Below are positions 16,897-25,563 of a stretch of DNA of 64,000 nt, piece by piece (position 1 is the first letter of the stretch; each line of letters starts with the position of its first letter). The notes under the pieces are model-generated. The model saw only the letters and a list, made by a program, of their open reading frames with translations, did no database searches and was not told where the DNA came from. The translations under genes and the position numbers were made by a program. The stretch is from Bacteroidales bacterium. Lineage in GTDB: Bacteria; Bacteroidota; Bacteroidia; Bacteroidales; FEN-979. The DNA is taken from assembly GCA_963682005.1 (NCBI GenBank), contig OY820914.1:3908145-3972144 (forward strand). The letters are read 5' to 3'.

Positions 16897-17407
16897 GATA
16901 TGCCTGTATCCTTCCTGTATGCTTCCTGTATGCAAATTCTGAACAAATCATTCTGAAGGTGCTCAATAGATGATTCTGAAAACCCTAATACTGACTTCAT
17001 TGGCAAACAATTTTCAATCAAATATTTGGGAAAACTAAATGTTAAGCATATGCCTTCGGGCTTACACCTGGAGTTTTTCATTATACATTGGAGGTCAATG
17101 GTAAGTTAAGCGGTGTTAAAAAGATGATTGTGATGGAATGATTTGAATTTACCCTGTTGGATTTTCCCACCCTTTCATCGGGGAATTCATCAGGAAGAAA
17201 ATATAATTACACGCGGAAGAAAATTAATTTCATGCGGGTGTAATTTTCAAAGTAAGTATTGAATAGAATTCCTGCATTTTGCATTATGCACTCCTGCATT
17301 GAAAAGGCCGCCAGCCAGGCTCCGTGACTCTGTGGTAAAAAAAACTCAACACGGAGAACACAGGGAAGGCACAGAGTTCACAGAGGTATTGTACCCAATG
17401 TGTTCTT

Positions 17408-18625
17408 CTAATGATATTTCCTGAAAACCAGCGTGGCATTGTGCCCGCCGAAACCGAAGGAGTTTGACAGGGCAACATTGATTTCTTTGGACCTGGATTG
17501 GTTCGGCACATAATCGAGGTCGAGATCGGGATCGGGATGATCCAGGTTGATGGTGGGCGTGAGGATGCTGTTTTTCATGCTCATGATGGTGATGATGCTT
17601 TCGATCGCCCCTGCAGCGCCGATCGTATGGCCGATCATCGATTTTGATGATGAAACCGGGATGTGGTACGCTTTTTCACCAAATACCCTCTTGATGGCGA
17701 GGGTTTCATAACGGTCGTTGAGTTCTGTGGAGGTGCCGTGCGCATTGATGTAATCGACATCATCGGTCGTGATTCCTGCATTTTTCAGGGCTTTCTCCAT
17801 CGTGAAAGCCATTCCTTCGCCGTCCTTCAGCGGGGCCATGATATTGTATCCCTCGCTGCTGAAGGCATAGCCGGCAATTTCAGCATGGATCTCTGCATTT
17901 CTCCTCTTTGCGGATTCTTCCGATTCCAGGATCAGGATCCCGGCTCCTTCACCGATCACAAAACCGTCGCGGTCGGCGGAGAAGGGCCTGCTTGCTTTTT
18001 CGGGATGATCATTCTGAACGGAAAGGGCATAAAGGGCATTGAACCCGGCGATTTCCTCGGCATTGATGATGGAGTCGGCGCCGCCAACGATTACAATATC
18101 CAGCATACCTGAACGGATCATTTCATAGCCAAGTCCGATCGCATAGGCGGAAGAGGCGCAGGCGGTGTTGACCACGAAATTCGGCCCGAACAGCTGGTAT
18201 TCCAGTGATATCCAGGCCGACATCGAATTGGTCATGCTCTTAAAGATCGTATTCTGAATGGTGGTATCCTTTTCTGAGGTTGAGTTGCCTGTATTGACAA
18301 CCCCAAGGATTACGCCACAACGGGTTTTATCCACTGTTTCAAAATCCAGTCCGCTGTATTTTATTGCATCCCGCGTGCAGGTAAAGCACATTTTCGTGAC
18401 CCTGGTCATCTGGCTTCCGGCGCGTTTCTTAATGTACTGTTTCGAATAGGCCTCGAAATCCGGCGATACTTCACCTGCAATGCGGGTAATGCTGTTTGAA
18501 GCATCAAACAGAGAGATCTGCTTAATTCCGCTTTTCCCCATGACCAGACCTTCCCAATTTGTGGTTAAATCAAGTCCGAGGGAAGAGATGATATTCATTC
18601 CCGTTACTACAACTTTTTGCTGCAT
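17408..18625 (-). CDS. beta-ketoacyl-ACP synthase II-like ketosynthase (KS-E)
   Basis: 405 aa with a full Cys-His-His set: NTACASSAYAIG, NAHGTSTELND, SMIGHTIGAAG. The C-terminus NSFGFGGHNATLVF is typical. Confidence 0.9.
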   Translation of the reverse strand: MQQKVVVTGMNIISSLGLDLTTNWEGLVMGKSGIKQISLFDASNSITRIAGEVSPDFEAYSKQYIKKRAGSQMTRVTKMCFTCTRDAIKYSGLDFETVDKTRCGVILGVVNTGNSTSEKDTTIQNTIFKSMTNSMSAWISLEYQLFGPNFVVNTACASSAYAIGLGYEMIRSGMLDIVIVGGADSIINAEEIAGFNALYALSVQNDHPEKASRPFSADRDGFVIGEGAGILILESEESAKRRNAEIHAEIAGYAFSSEGYNIMAPLKDGEGMAFTMEKALKNAGITTDDVDYINAHGTSTELNDRYETLAIKRVFGEKAYHIPVSSSKSMIGHTIGAAGAIESIITIMSMKNSILTPTINLDHPDPDLDLDYVPNQSRSKEINVALSNSFGFGGHNATLVFRKYH

Positions 18626-18656
18626 AGGTTTTGGGACAGATAAAGGTTTGCGCTCT

Positions 18657-19049
18657 CTATTTCTTTTTCAGGGAATTTGCCCAGTTGCCGATGGTGACAA
18701 CCTGTGCCGGTGTCAATACGGCATCCGGATGGCTTTCCTTGAACTTCTTAGGCGGCATTTTACCACCGTTGACCATTTTAAACATGGAAGCAGCCTTGGA
18801 AGCCTGCTTAGCCGCATCATACGTTTCCCACTTCGTGAAATTAACATGGGATGCTGCCATTCCGTTCCCGCCTGTTGAATGACAGGTAAAGCATGAATTC
18901 TGAACGATCTTGTTTATACTATCAGGTAAAGCAATCCCTTTGGCGGGATCATTTTTTGTCTGACTGATTGCTTTCCCTGGCATCAACACCAACACCACAG
19001 CCATTGAGATCAACGCAACAACTGCAACTAATGCGTACTTCTTTTTCAT
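18657..19049 (-). CDS. secreted heme-binding (c-type, CxxCH) domain protein
   Basis: 130 aa with a signal peptide (MKKKYALVAVVALISMAVVLV) and a single CFTCH motif followed by ...MPPKKF, as in small haem-binding domain proteins. Confidence 0.6.
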   Translation of the reverse strand: MKKKYALVAVVALISMAVVLVLMPGKAISQTKNDPAKGIALPDSINKIVQNSCFTCHSTGGNGMAASHVNFTKWETYDAAKQASKAASMFKMVNGGKMPPKKFKESHPDAVLTPAQVVTIGNWANSLKKK

Positions 19050-19180
19050 ACTTTTTCTGATGATTAGTCTTCCTAAAAAATTATAGATTGCAAAAATACA
19101 AAATCTGGTAGGAAAGAAAAAGTCTATTCCTACTTTGATGTGCTTGAAAAAGAAAGAACTTTATAATGATCTGCTTAGCA

Positions 19181-19243
19181 TACCCACCCCTCAAATCCCC
19201 TCCCTACCATTAGGGAGGGGAAGACCGAAGGTCGGGGTGGGTA
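19181..19243. repeat. compound REP-like palindromic element
   Basis: The outer stem TACCCACCCC/GGGGTGGGTA encloses the hairpins CCCCTCCC-N8-GGGAGGGG and GACC-gaa-GGTC. The motif GAAGGTCGGGGT is shared with the RAYT right flank at 48028-48039. Confidence 0.7.
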
Positions 19244-19266
19244 CGATGGGGCCAAGGCATGCCTTT

Positions 19267-20313
19267 TCAGGAAACAATATCCAGCGGACCATTGTCAATG
19301 CCAAAATACTCCCTGATCGCATCGTTTAGGTCCTGGATGTTGCATTTGGATTGGGCTGCGAACCTTTTTACGGCGGAGATGTAGGTAAAGGAAAGCCGTT
19401 TCCTGATCTCTTCATCGACCGGGTCATTATCAAGGACGCGACCCCGTTCGGATGTCCCCTGCTCGGGCGGATAAGAAAAAAATCCTTCTGAAGCTTTCAT
19501 CCCTGTTTTTCCTTCCGAGACCATCTTTTCGAGATGATGGATCAGCGGCAGATAATAATCCTTGTGCGGATAGGTGCGGACATAGTTTTTAACCGAAGCG
19601 AGCATGATATCGATACCGACGCTGTCCATGAATTCAAATGCGCCGGTCGGGAAAAAATACTTCCTCACAATACGGTCCATCTCCCGGAACGAATGGTTTT
19701 CCTGTGTTGCGATGAGGAAGGCTTCATTCTGGAAATCCAGGAAGATCCGGTTCAGGATGTGCCCGTCCTTTTCGTTTAAGATCATGTATTTCCGGTTTAT
19801 CGCCTGAAGGAATTTCTCAACTGTCTCCTGTGTTTGCCAGGAGGTATCATCGGTAACGATGAATTCGACGATATTTTTCAGCGCGACCGGATAGAAAAAA
19901 TGAAGGCCGATAAAACTCCGTTTCCGGATACAGGCAGGAAGCAGTTCACAGGGATTTACCGATGAAGAGCTGGTGGCGAGGATGGTACTGACCGGTACGA
20001 TGGGATCGATCGCCTTGAAAAGCCTGCGTTTCAGACTTGCGTTTTCGAATATTGTCTCGATGATTAGTTCACAAGTAGCCAGTTCAGCAATGTCTTTTGT
20101 AATTGTGACCTCTTTCTGAAGCGTTTCAAACCTCGACTGGCTGACCAGGTTATTGTCCAGTGAACGTTTGATCTTTTTCAGAAAAGTTTTACGGATCTTG
20201 TCAATATCAGCCTCCTGGCTGCAGATCCATACCAGGGTGAAATCAAAATCCAAAAGGTAATAAAACAGGTTGGTACCCATTTTGCCTTCGCCGATTATTC
20301 CTATGTTCTTCAT
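19267..20313 (-). CDS. 3-hydroxyacyl-CoA dehydrogenase family protein
   Basis: Rossmann motif IGIIGEGKMGTNLF with a 3HCDH-like core (HFFYPVALKNIVE). The start is trimmed to MKNIGIIG (20313) because the track's first 7 codons lie in a heptamer repeat. Confidence 0.65.
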   Translation of the reverse strand: MKNIGIIGEGKMGTNLFYYLLDFDFTLVWICSQEADIDKIRKTFLKKIKRSLDNNLVSQSRFETLQKEVTITKDIAELATCELIIETIFENASLKRRLFKAIDPIVPVSTILATSSSSVNPCELLPACIRKRSFIGLHFFYPVALKNIVEFIVTDDTSWQTQETVEKFLQAINRKYMILNEKDGHILNRIFLDFQNEAFLIATQENHSFREMDRIVRKYFFPTGAFEFMDSVGIDIMLASVKNYVRTYPHKDYYLPLIHHLEKMVSEGKTGMKASEGFFSYPPEQGTSERGRVLDNDPVDEEIRKRLSFTYISAVKRFAAQSKCNIQDLNDAIREYFGIDNGPLDIVS

Positions 20314-20319
20314 GTTATC

Positions 20320-20389
20320 AAATCCAAAATCCAAAATCTAAAGTCTAAAATCTAAAGTCAAAAGTCAAAAGTCAAAAGTTAAAAGTCAA
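20320..20389. repeat. tandem heptamer array AAAATCC/AAAGTCA family x ~10
   Basis: Direct reading: aaatccaaaatccaaaatctaaagtctaaaatctaaagtcaaaagtcaaaagtcaaaagttaaaagtcaa. Confidence 0.9.
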
Positions 20390-20400
20390 CTAAACTTATT

Positions 20401-20430
20401 ATCCCGCATCCCGCATCGCGCATCCCGCAT
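20401..20430. repeat. tandem heptamer array CCCGCAT x ~4
   Basis: Reads atcccgcatcccgcatcgcgcatcccgcat and abuts the stop codon of rSAM-4 (20431). The same unit occurs at 51665-51699. Confidence 0.9.
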
Positions 20431-21975
20431 CTAGGTTCCAGCATCCCTCAACGGTCCCTCATCATGTTCTTTTACGATCTCGCGGTATTTCTCCATATTC
20501 TTTTTATGGTCGAGAATATGACGGTGATAGCCGAGCATGGAGAGCATGAAACCAAGTCCTTTGTCGATGGCGATCTTCTTTTCACGGATCAGTCCGAAGA
20601 TGAACCGGAACAATTTTCTTCGTTCGGGATCGGATGATATTACAAACTCTTTGAACGTGATCCACGATAATCTCGCTTTAAGAAATAGAGAAATATCTCC
20701 TCCTTTGCGTGTGAAAGCCCCGCTGCTGAAAAGTTGTTCGGCTTTAGGCCTTATGTTTTTGAAATCATAGAAACGTGCGATCGTTTCCATGTATTTTTCA
20801 AAGATATCAACCTGTGAAAGATTCTTGTAATGAACCGTCGGGAAATGGCCGACACCCAATTCGGGGTCACAATGCAGCAACCTGCCTTCGTCCTTCAGTC
20901 TTTTATGAAGTTCTGTCCCCGGCGGGGCGGCAAGCAGATGCAGGTTGACATTCGACAGGTCCATTTTCATTGTGAAGTCGAAGATATCGTCAAAAGCCTG
21001 GAGTTTATCATGATCAAAACCAACAACGAATGAGGCATTGATATGGATCCCGGCTGCGTGGATCTTCCGGATGGCGGGTTCGTAGATCGTCGCTTCCTTG
21101 TTATGAAGCTTATTGCTTTCACCAAGGCTTTCGGGGTTCAGCGATTCAAAACCGATGAGGATGTTGAAGCAGCCGGCATCGGCCATGAGTTCCAGCAATT
21201 CCTCATCATTGGCCACATCCAGGCTGCTCATGCAACCCCAGGAAATATTGAGGGGCTTGATGGCCTTCATAAGTTCCTTCGCGTATTTCTTGTTGATGGT
21301 CAGGTTATCATCGACAAAGAAAAAATAGGAGGATGGTGCTGCTTTTATCTCTTCCACCACATTTTCAATGGTGCGGTAGCGCATTTTTCTTCCGAAGATC
21401 TTTGAAACAAGGCAGAAATCGCAGTTGAACGGGCATCCCCTCGAAACCTGGATACCAACCTGGAAGATTTTTTTCATGCTGACAAGGTCCCAGCGGGGCG
21501 GTTTCTGGCTTTTGTACGGTACAGCAATATCAGACCTGTAAACGGGCTTCATATTTCCCTGTTCAAAATCCGAAAGGCATTCTTCCCACAATCCTTCCGC
21601 TTCTCCAACCACCACTGCATCGGCGTGCTTAAGTGATTCTTCCGTTGTGAACGAAGCGTATGGTCCGCCCAGGACGACTTTGACACCTTTTGACCGGTAA
21701 TGATCCGAAAGCTCGTAGGCCCGCGTTATCGTCGCAGCGAGGGTTGTGATCCCGATGATATCCGGTATTTCATTGGCAGGAAGATCCTCAATTTCTTCGT
21801 CAAAGATCTTGATATCGTAATGATCAGGCGTAAGGGAAGCGATGGTTGGGAGCGCCAAAGGGATCATCAGCCGCTTCTTCCCGAACATCTTCGCCAGCTC
21901 ATTGTGGGCCGGGTAGTTGATGTACTTCTGTTTCGGACTGATCAGGAACAGGCTGTATCTCTTTCTGTTAATCAC
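20431..21975 (-). CDS. B12-binding domain-containing radical SAM protein (rSAM-4)
   Basis: 514 aa. It has a B12-binding-like N-terminus (PDIIGITTL...VVLGGPY) and CxxxCxxC in SRGCPFNCDFCLVS. Confidence 0.8.
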   Translation of the reverse strand: MINRKRYSLFLISPKQKYINYPAHNELAKMFGKKRLMIPLALPTIASLTPDHYDIKIFDEEIEDLPANEIPDIIGITTLAATITRAYELSDHYRSKGVKVVLGGPYASFTTEESLKHADAVVVGEAEGLWEECLSDFEQGNMKPVYRSDIAVPYKSQKPPRWDLVSMKKIFQVGIQVSRGCPFNCDFCLVSKIFGRKMRYRTIENVVEEIKAAPSSYFFFVDDNLTINKKYAKELMKAIKPLNISWGCMSSLDVANDEELLELMADAGCFNILIGFESLNPESLGESNKLHNKEATIYEPAIRKIHAAGIHINASFVVGFDHDKLQAFDDIFDFTMKMDLSNVNLHLLAAPPGTELHKRLKDEGRLLHCDPELGVGHFPTVHYKNLSQVDIFEKYMETIARFYDFKNIRPKAEQLFSSGAFTRKGGDISLFLKARLSWITFKEFVISSDPERRKLFRFIFGLIREKKIAIDKGLGFMLSMLGYHRHILDHKKNMEKYREIVKEHDEGPLRDAGT

Positions 21976-21982
21976 CTTCTTT

Positions 21983-22010
21983 AATTACGAATTACGGATT
22001 ACGAATTACG
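21983..22010. repeat. tandem heptamer array AATTACG x 4
   Basis: Reads aattacgaattacggattacgaattacg, 8 nt upstream of the rSAM-4 start. A TTYTCAT x5 array follows at 22021-22055. Confidence 0.9.
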
Positions 22011-22044
22011 AAAGTTTAATTTTTCATTTTTCATTCTTCATTCC

Positions 22045-23196
22045 TCATTCTTCATTGTAAATTATCGAATAGCCTGCCTGCATGAACTTGCTGACTTCAG
22101 TCACAAAACTCAGTATAAGGTCACCATTGTTGAGTTTTTCTTCCTTCCTGATCTTATCTAAGCACAGGAAAGCCATTGGCGGACCGATGTAGCCCATCGT
22201 CGACATTTTTGTATAGAGCGTATTCCTTGAGATGCCAAGTGTTTCGCACTCATCCATCACAAGTTCAGTGATATGCTTTGAGGGAAAGTTAACCTGGAAG
22301 AAGCGGAGCGATGAAAGATCGATCTGGTATTTCGCGATCATCCGCTGTAATCCTTTCAGAAATACAGATCCGTCCGGTTCGTGAAAATTAGCACGAAGTT
22401 CCTCCTGGAACATCTGGGCAAGGTGATGATAGCCTTTCTCAAATTCCTCTTTCGGGTTCATCCAGTAGGAGGGCCGCCTGTTTCCCATGGCTGAGGGCTT
22501 TTTCCCCCCGATGGATTCGGTATAGACATGGTCAATAAAAAGACCGGTCCTGTCATTGTCTTCTGCTTTCAATACCAGCGCAGCGGCCCCGTCGCTTAAA
22601 AAATAGCGAAGGAAAAGTTCTTCTTTCTTTATTAAAGGCTGGTTGTAATATTCCGCCACAAGTTCAGACGAAGACATATTGGAGGAAATGACAAGTGCAT
22701 TTTTATACCGGCCGTTCCTGACCAGGTCATGGGCGAGAAGAAGCGCTTTGTAAGCTGAGGTGCAATTGGCATGAATGGAAAACTCCCCACATTGTTCAAT
22801 CCCAAGTTTCTCCTGGATCCGTACGGAAGCTGTAGGCATCTGGTCCTGGTGGGCGCTGCCGTAAACGATAAGCTCGACTTCATCCGGCTTCATTTGTGCA
22901 TCATCCAGCGCTTTCAGTGCTGCCTTTACCGACATACTCACATTGTCTTCGGTGAACTGCCTTGTAACAGGATCGATTGCAAAATGATAATATTCCACAT
23001 CCAGCATTTCTTTCATCAAAGGCCGTATGCGCTGTTCCCAGTTCCTGATCTTCAATGGCGCATCCTTCACCTCGCCTAAGTAATCATAGAGGTTTTCCAA
23101 CGGAATGGCCGACCCGGGAAGGTAGGTTCCGGTACCCGCCAGCCTGATGAATATCCTGTTATCAATTGTGTTTTTCGTGTTCACCTTATCCCGCAA
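22045..23196 (-). CDS. thiolase-fold KAS III (FabH)-like condensing enzyme
   Basis: 383 aa. It has a FabH-like N-terminus (LAGTGTYLPGSAIPLENL) and a candidate nucleophile in HANCTSAYKALLLA. Assignment within the thiolase superfamily (FabH, DarB or type III PKS-like) cannot be made by eye. Confidence 0.6.
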   Translation of the reverse strand: MRDKVNTKNTIDNRIFIRLAGTGTYLPGSAIPLENLYDYLGEVKDAPLKIRNWEQRIRPLMKEMLDVEYYHFAIDPVTRQFTEDNVSMSVKAALKALDDAQMKPDEVELIVYGSAHQDQMPTASVRIQEKLGIEQCGEFSIHANCTSAYKALLLAHDLVRNGRYKNALVISSNMSSSELVAEYYNQPLIKKEELFLRYFLSDGAAALVLKAEDNDRTGLFIDHVYTESIGGKKPSAMGNRRPSYWMNPKEEFEKGYHHLAQMFQEELRANFHEPDGSVFLKGLQRMIAKYQIDLSSLRFFQVNFPSKHITELVMDECETLGISRNTLYTKMSTMGYIGPPMAFLCLDKIRKEEKLNNGDLILSFVTEVSKFMQAGYSIIYNEE

Positions 23197-23863
23197 GTTG
23201 TTTCAGATACAATTTTGATTTTTCCTTTATATATCCGGATGAGATCTTCTGTATAAATCCAACGGCGGATTCCACTATTTGTTTCTTTGGAACAATTCGG
23301 TCAACCAGTCCGTATTCAAATGCATCTGATGCAGGAAAAGCATTTCCTCTCAATACCATCTCCATTGCCCGGGCTTTTCCGCAGGTTTTTGATGCCCTGG
23401 AGATCCCGCCGATCCCTGGTATCAGGTTATAGGTTGTTTCAGGGAGGGCAAAAACGGAATCTTCCCCGCAAAACCTGAAATGACTGAAAAGTGCCAGTTC
23501 CAGGGCCGATCCGAGGCAAACCCCGCGGATAGCCGAAATGACCGGTATTTCAAGTGCTTCCATGGAAAGAAAGGTATGATAATTTTTATCCAGGAATGCG
23601 GCAAGTTCCACCTGTTTTCCCGATGAATCAACCTGGGATTCATTTTTTACCAGGGATAGCAGTTGCGACAAATCAGCCCCGGCTGAAAAATGCCTTCCCT
23701 GGCCGCTGATCACAAGCCCCCTGAGATCCTTCATCTTTTGGATCTTCTCCATTATCTGGCCAAACTCGGAAAAGAACTCAAGTGTCATCTTATTCGATGG
23801 CGGTTGATCAAGGACAAGACTTCCTATATTGTTTGTTATAGAGAAAGAGATCGTGTTATACAA
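23186..23863 (-). CDS. enoyl-CoA hydratase/isomerase (crotonase) family protein
   Basis: 225 aa with the crotonase oxyanion motif ISGQGRHFSAGADL and AIRGVCLGSALELAL. Confidence 0.75.
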   Translation of the reverse strand: MYNTISFSITNNIGSLVLDQPPSNKMTLEFFSEFGQIMEKIQKMKDLRGLVISGQGRHFSAGADLSQLLSLVKNESQVDSSGKQVELAAFLDKNYHTFLSMEALEIPVISAIRGVCLGSALELALFSHFRFCGEDSVFALPETTYNLIPGIGGISRASKTCGKARAMEMVLRGNAFPASDAFEYGLVDRIVPKKQIVESAVGFIQKISSGYIKEKSKLYLKQLAG

Positions 23864-23871
23864 TGAACTTT

Positions 23872-23899
23872 AATTATGAATTATGAGTTTGAATTATGA
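23872..23899. repeat. AATTATG-family tandem repeat
   Basis: Reads aattatgaattatgagtttgaattatga. A near-identical string occurs at 51607-51641 and a shorter copy near 43403. Confidence 0.85.
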
Positions 23900-23956
23900 T
23901 TCCAATGGTTTTATTACTCTGTCACACCATTACCCTTATCGCCTTGTAACCCCTGA

Positions 23957-24712
23957 CTAATGTACCCCCCTGGATTTCGCTTCAATTGACGCAAGCTCGC
24001 AAAACATCCGGGTTTCTTCCTTCATCGATTCTGAGAACGAGATTTTACGGGCGTTTGAGAAAGCCTGCATGACACAGTGTATCACTTTATGCAATTTCCC
24101 ATCGGTCATTTTATTCAGCAGAGAGGTGGAGTATTCCATTAAACCATCACTTGCGACAATGTGGTCAATGATCTTCATTTCCAGCGCTTCTTTTGCATCG
24201 ATCATATCACCTTCCATCACCATCTTCATTGAATTCAAAAGGGATGTTCTTTCCATGATCCTGACCGTACCTCCCAGCCCCGGGATCAGTCCCCAGTTTG
24301 ACTCTGGAAAGGCAAACAATGCATTGTGGCTGCAGATCCTGATGTGACAGGCGAGGGCGATCTCAAGTCCGGCGCCGAAACAAATTCCTTTAATAACTGC
24401 AAAAACGGGAATGTCGATATTTTCAAGATAATCGAGTAGTTCTTTCCCCCGGCTCATCATCCTGAACATCTCCTCATGATCAAGTGCCATAGAAAAAAGC
24501 CCGTCCAGGTTTGCACCTCCTGAAAAATGGCGCCCGGTTCCTGTTATGATCAACCCTTTCAATTCTTCCTTTTCCTTCCAGTTCCTGAGGACGTCAACAG
24601 AAATAAATTCGGGACCTGTGAGGTAATTTTCCGGAGGATTGTCGAGTATAACAGTTCCGATCGAGTTGTTTACCTCCAGCTTTATATTCTTTAATGGTTC
24701 AGTCATGGACAT
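23957..24712 (-). CDS. enoyl-CoA hydratase/isomerase (crotonase) family protein
   Basis: 251 aa with ITGTGRHFSGGANL and VIKGICFGAGLEIALACH. Confidence 0.75.
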   Translation of the reverse strand: MSMTEPLKNIKLEVNNSIGTVILDNPPENYLTGPEFISVDVLRNWKEKEELKGLIITGTGRHFSGGANLDGLFSMALDHEEMFRMMSRGKELLDYLENIDIPVFAVIKGICFGAGLEIALACHIRICSHNALFAFPESNWGLIPGLGGTVRIMERTSLLNSMKMVMEGDMIDAKEALEMKIIDHIVASDGLMEYSTSLLNKMTDGKLHKVIHCVMQAFSNARKISFSESMKEETRMFCELASIEAKSRGVH

Positions 24713-24715
24713 GTT

Positions 24716-25102
24716 TTATTCTGAAGGAAAAAGAAACCCGGGTAGATCCATTGGTGATTTATTTCTGTCGATCAGCAGGGTTTTTATGGTCGCCCTTGCA
24801 TTTGCAAGGCCAGTTGCTGTATTTCTGATCTTGTGATGGAAGACCAGGAAGGGTTCTTTCTTTTCATAACTTGTTTCTACCACCAGTTCTTCCAGAAGGC
24901 AGGACTCACGCATATACCGGATGGTTGTCTCAATCACAACAAGCATCCAGCCATTCTCCCTGAAATGATCAAGGATGCCGAGGTTCTGCATCACTTCCCA
25001 TCTTGCCTGTTCAAGATACTGAAGGTAAACGGCGTTATTGACATGCCCGTATGAATCGAGCTCATAGCCCCTGACTTGCAACCTGGTCTCAAATTTTCTC
25101 AT
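24716..25102 (-). CDS. 4HBT/YbgC-type acyl-CoA (acyl-ACP) thioesterase
   Basis: 128 aa with a hotdog thioesterase signature: VRGYELDSYGHVNNAVYLQYLEQAR. Confidence 0.7.
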   Translation of the reverse strand: MRKFETRLQVRGYELDSYGHVNNAVYLQYLEQARWEVMQNLGILDHFRENGWMLVVIETTIRYMRESCLLEELVVETSYEKKEPFLVFHHKIRNTATGLANARATIKTLLIDRNKSPMDLPGFLFPSE

Positions 25103-25533
25103 CGGAAAATACCTTTGAATTTGATAAACACCAGGTCACCTTTGGAGATCGTAGCTGAAACGTCCCATTGGTCCACAGTTTTCATTTTTATGGTCAGCTT
25201 CACATTAACATCAGGATTTGCCTTCGGGCTGATCATGTTCAGGAACTTGATGTTGTCCGAGGATGCCAGGGTGATATCTTTTTCCACGATACCGCTGACA
25301 AGCTCCTTAATGATCTCAACCTGGCAAACGCCTGGAACAACAGGGTTTCCCGGGAAATGGCCTTCAAATACAGGATGATCACGGTTCAGCCCGATCGAAA
25401 ATGAATATTCCGATATAGGAGGAAATCCAATTCCCCCAGTTTCCCTTACAGGTGAAGCAAAACGTATCTTATAAAAGTTATCCTTTAGCAATAGGTTCCT
25501 GATGAAAAAGAGAATGAAAAAGTCAGGGTGCAA
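25099..25533 (-). CDS. FabZ/FabA-like hotdog 3-hydroxyacyl-ACP dehydratase
   Basis: Catalytic-region motif HPVFEGHFPGNPVVPGVCQVE. The true start may be the TTG at 25491 (LKDNFYKI). Confidence 0.7.
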   Translation of the reverse strand: MHPDFFILFFIRNLLLKDNFYKIRFASPVRETGGIGFPPISEYSFSIGLNRDHPVFEGHFPGNPVVPGVCQVEIIKELVSGIVEKDITLASSDNIKFLNMISPKANPDVNVKLTIKMKTVDQWDVSATISKGDLVFIKFKGIFR

Positions 25534-25563
25534 AATTAAGAAAAAAAGAGGTGCCCTGAACGC

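Noticed and set aside
16773-17511. Track ORFs 16773-17081 and 17284-17511 in the 802-bp gap.
   Set aside because: They translate tandem repeats (NAKCKMQNAKCKM) or overlap the 3' end of KS-E out of frame, and they have no motifs.
19135-19329. Track ORF 19135-19329 (+), 64 aa.
   Set aside because: It is the translation of the nested REP-like palindrome (PTPQIPSLPLGRGRPKVGVG) and overlaps the 3' end of the minus-strand dehydrogenase gene.
20320-20430. Heptamer and other short tandem arrays considered as possible CRISPR arrays.
   Set aside because: The repeats have a period of 7-14 nt with no unique spacers, and no cas genes are in the window. They are simple tandem repeats.
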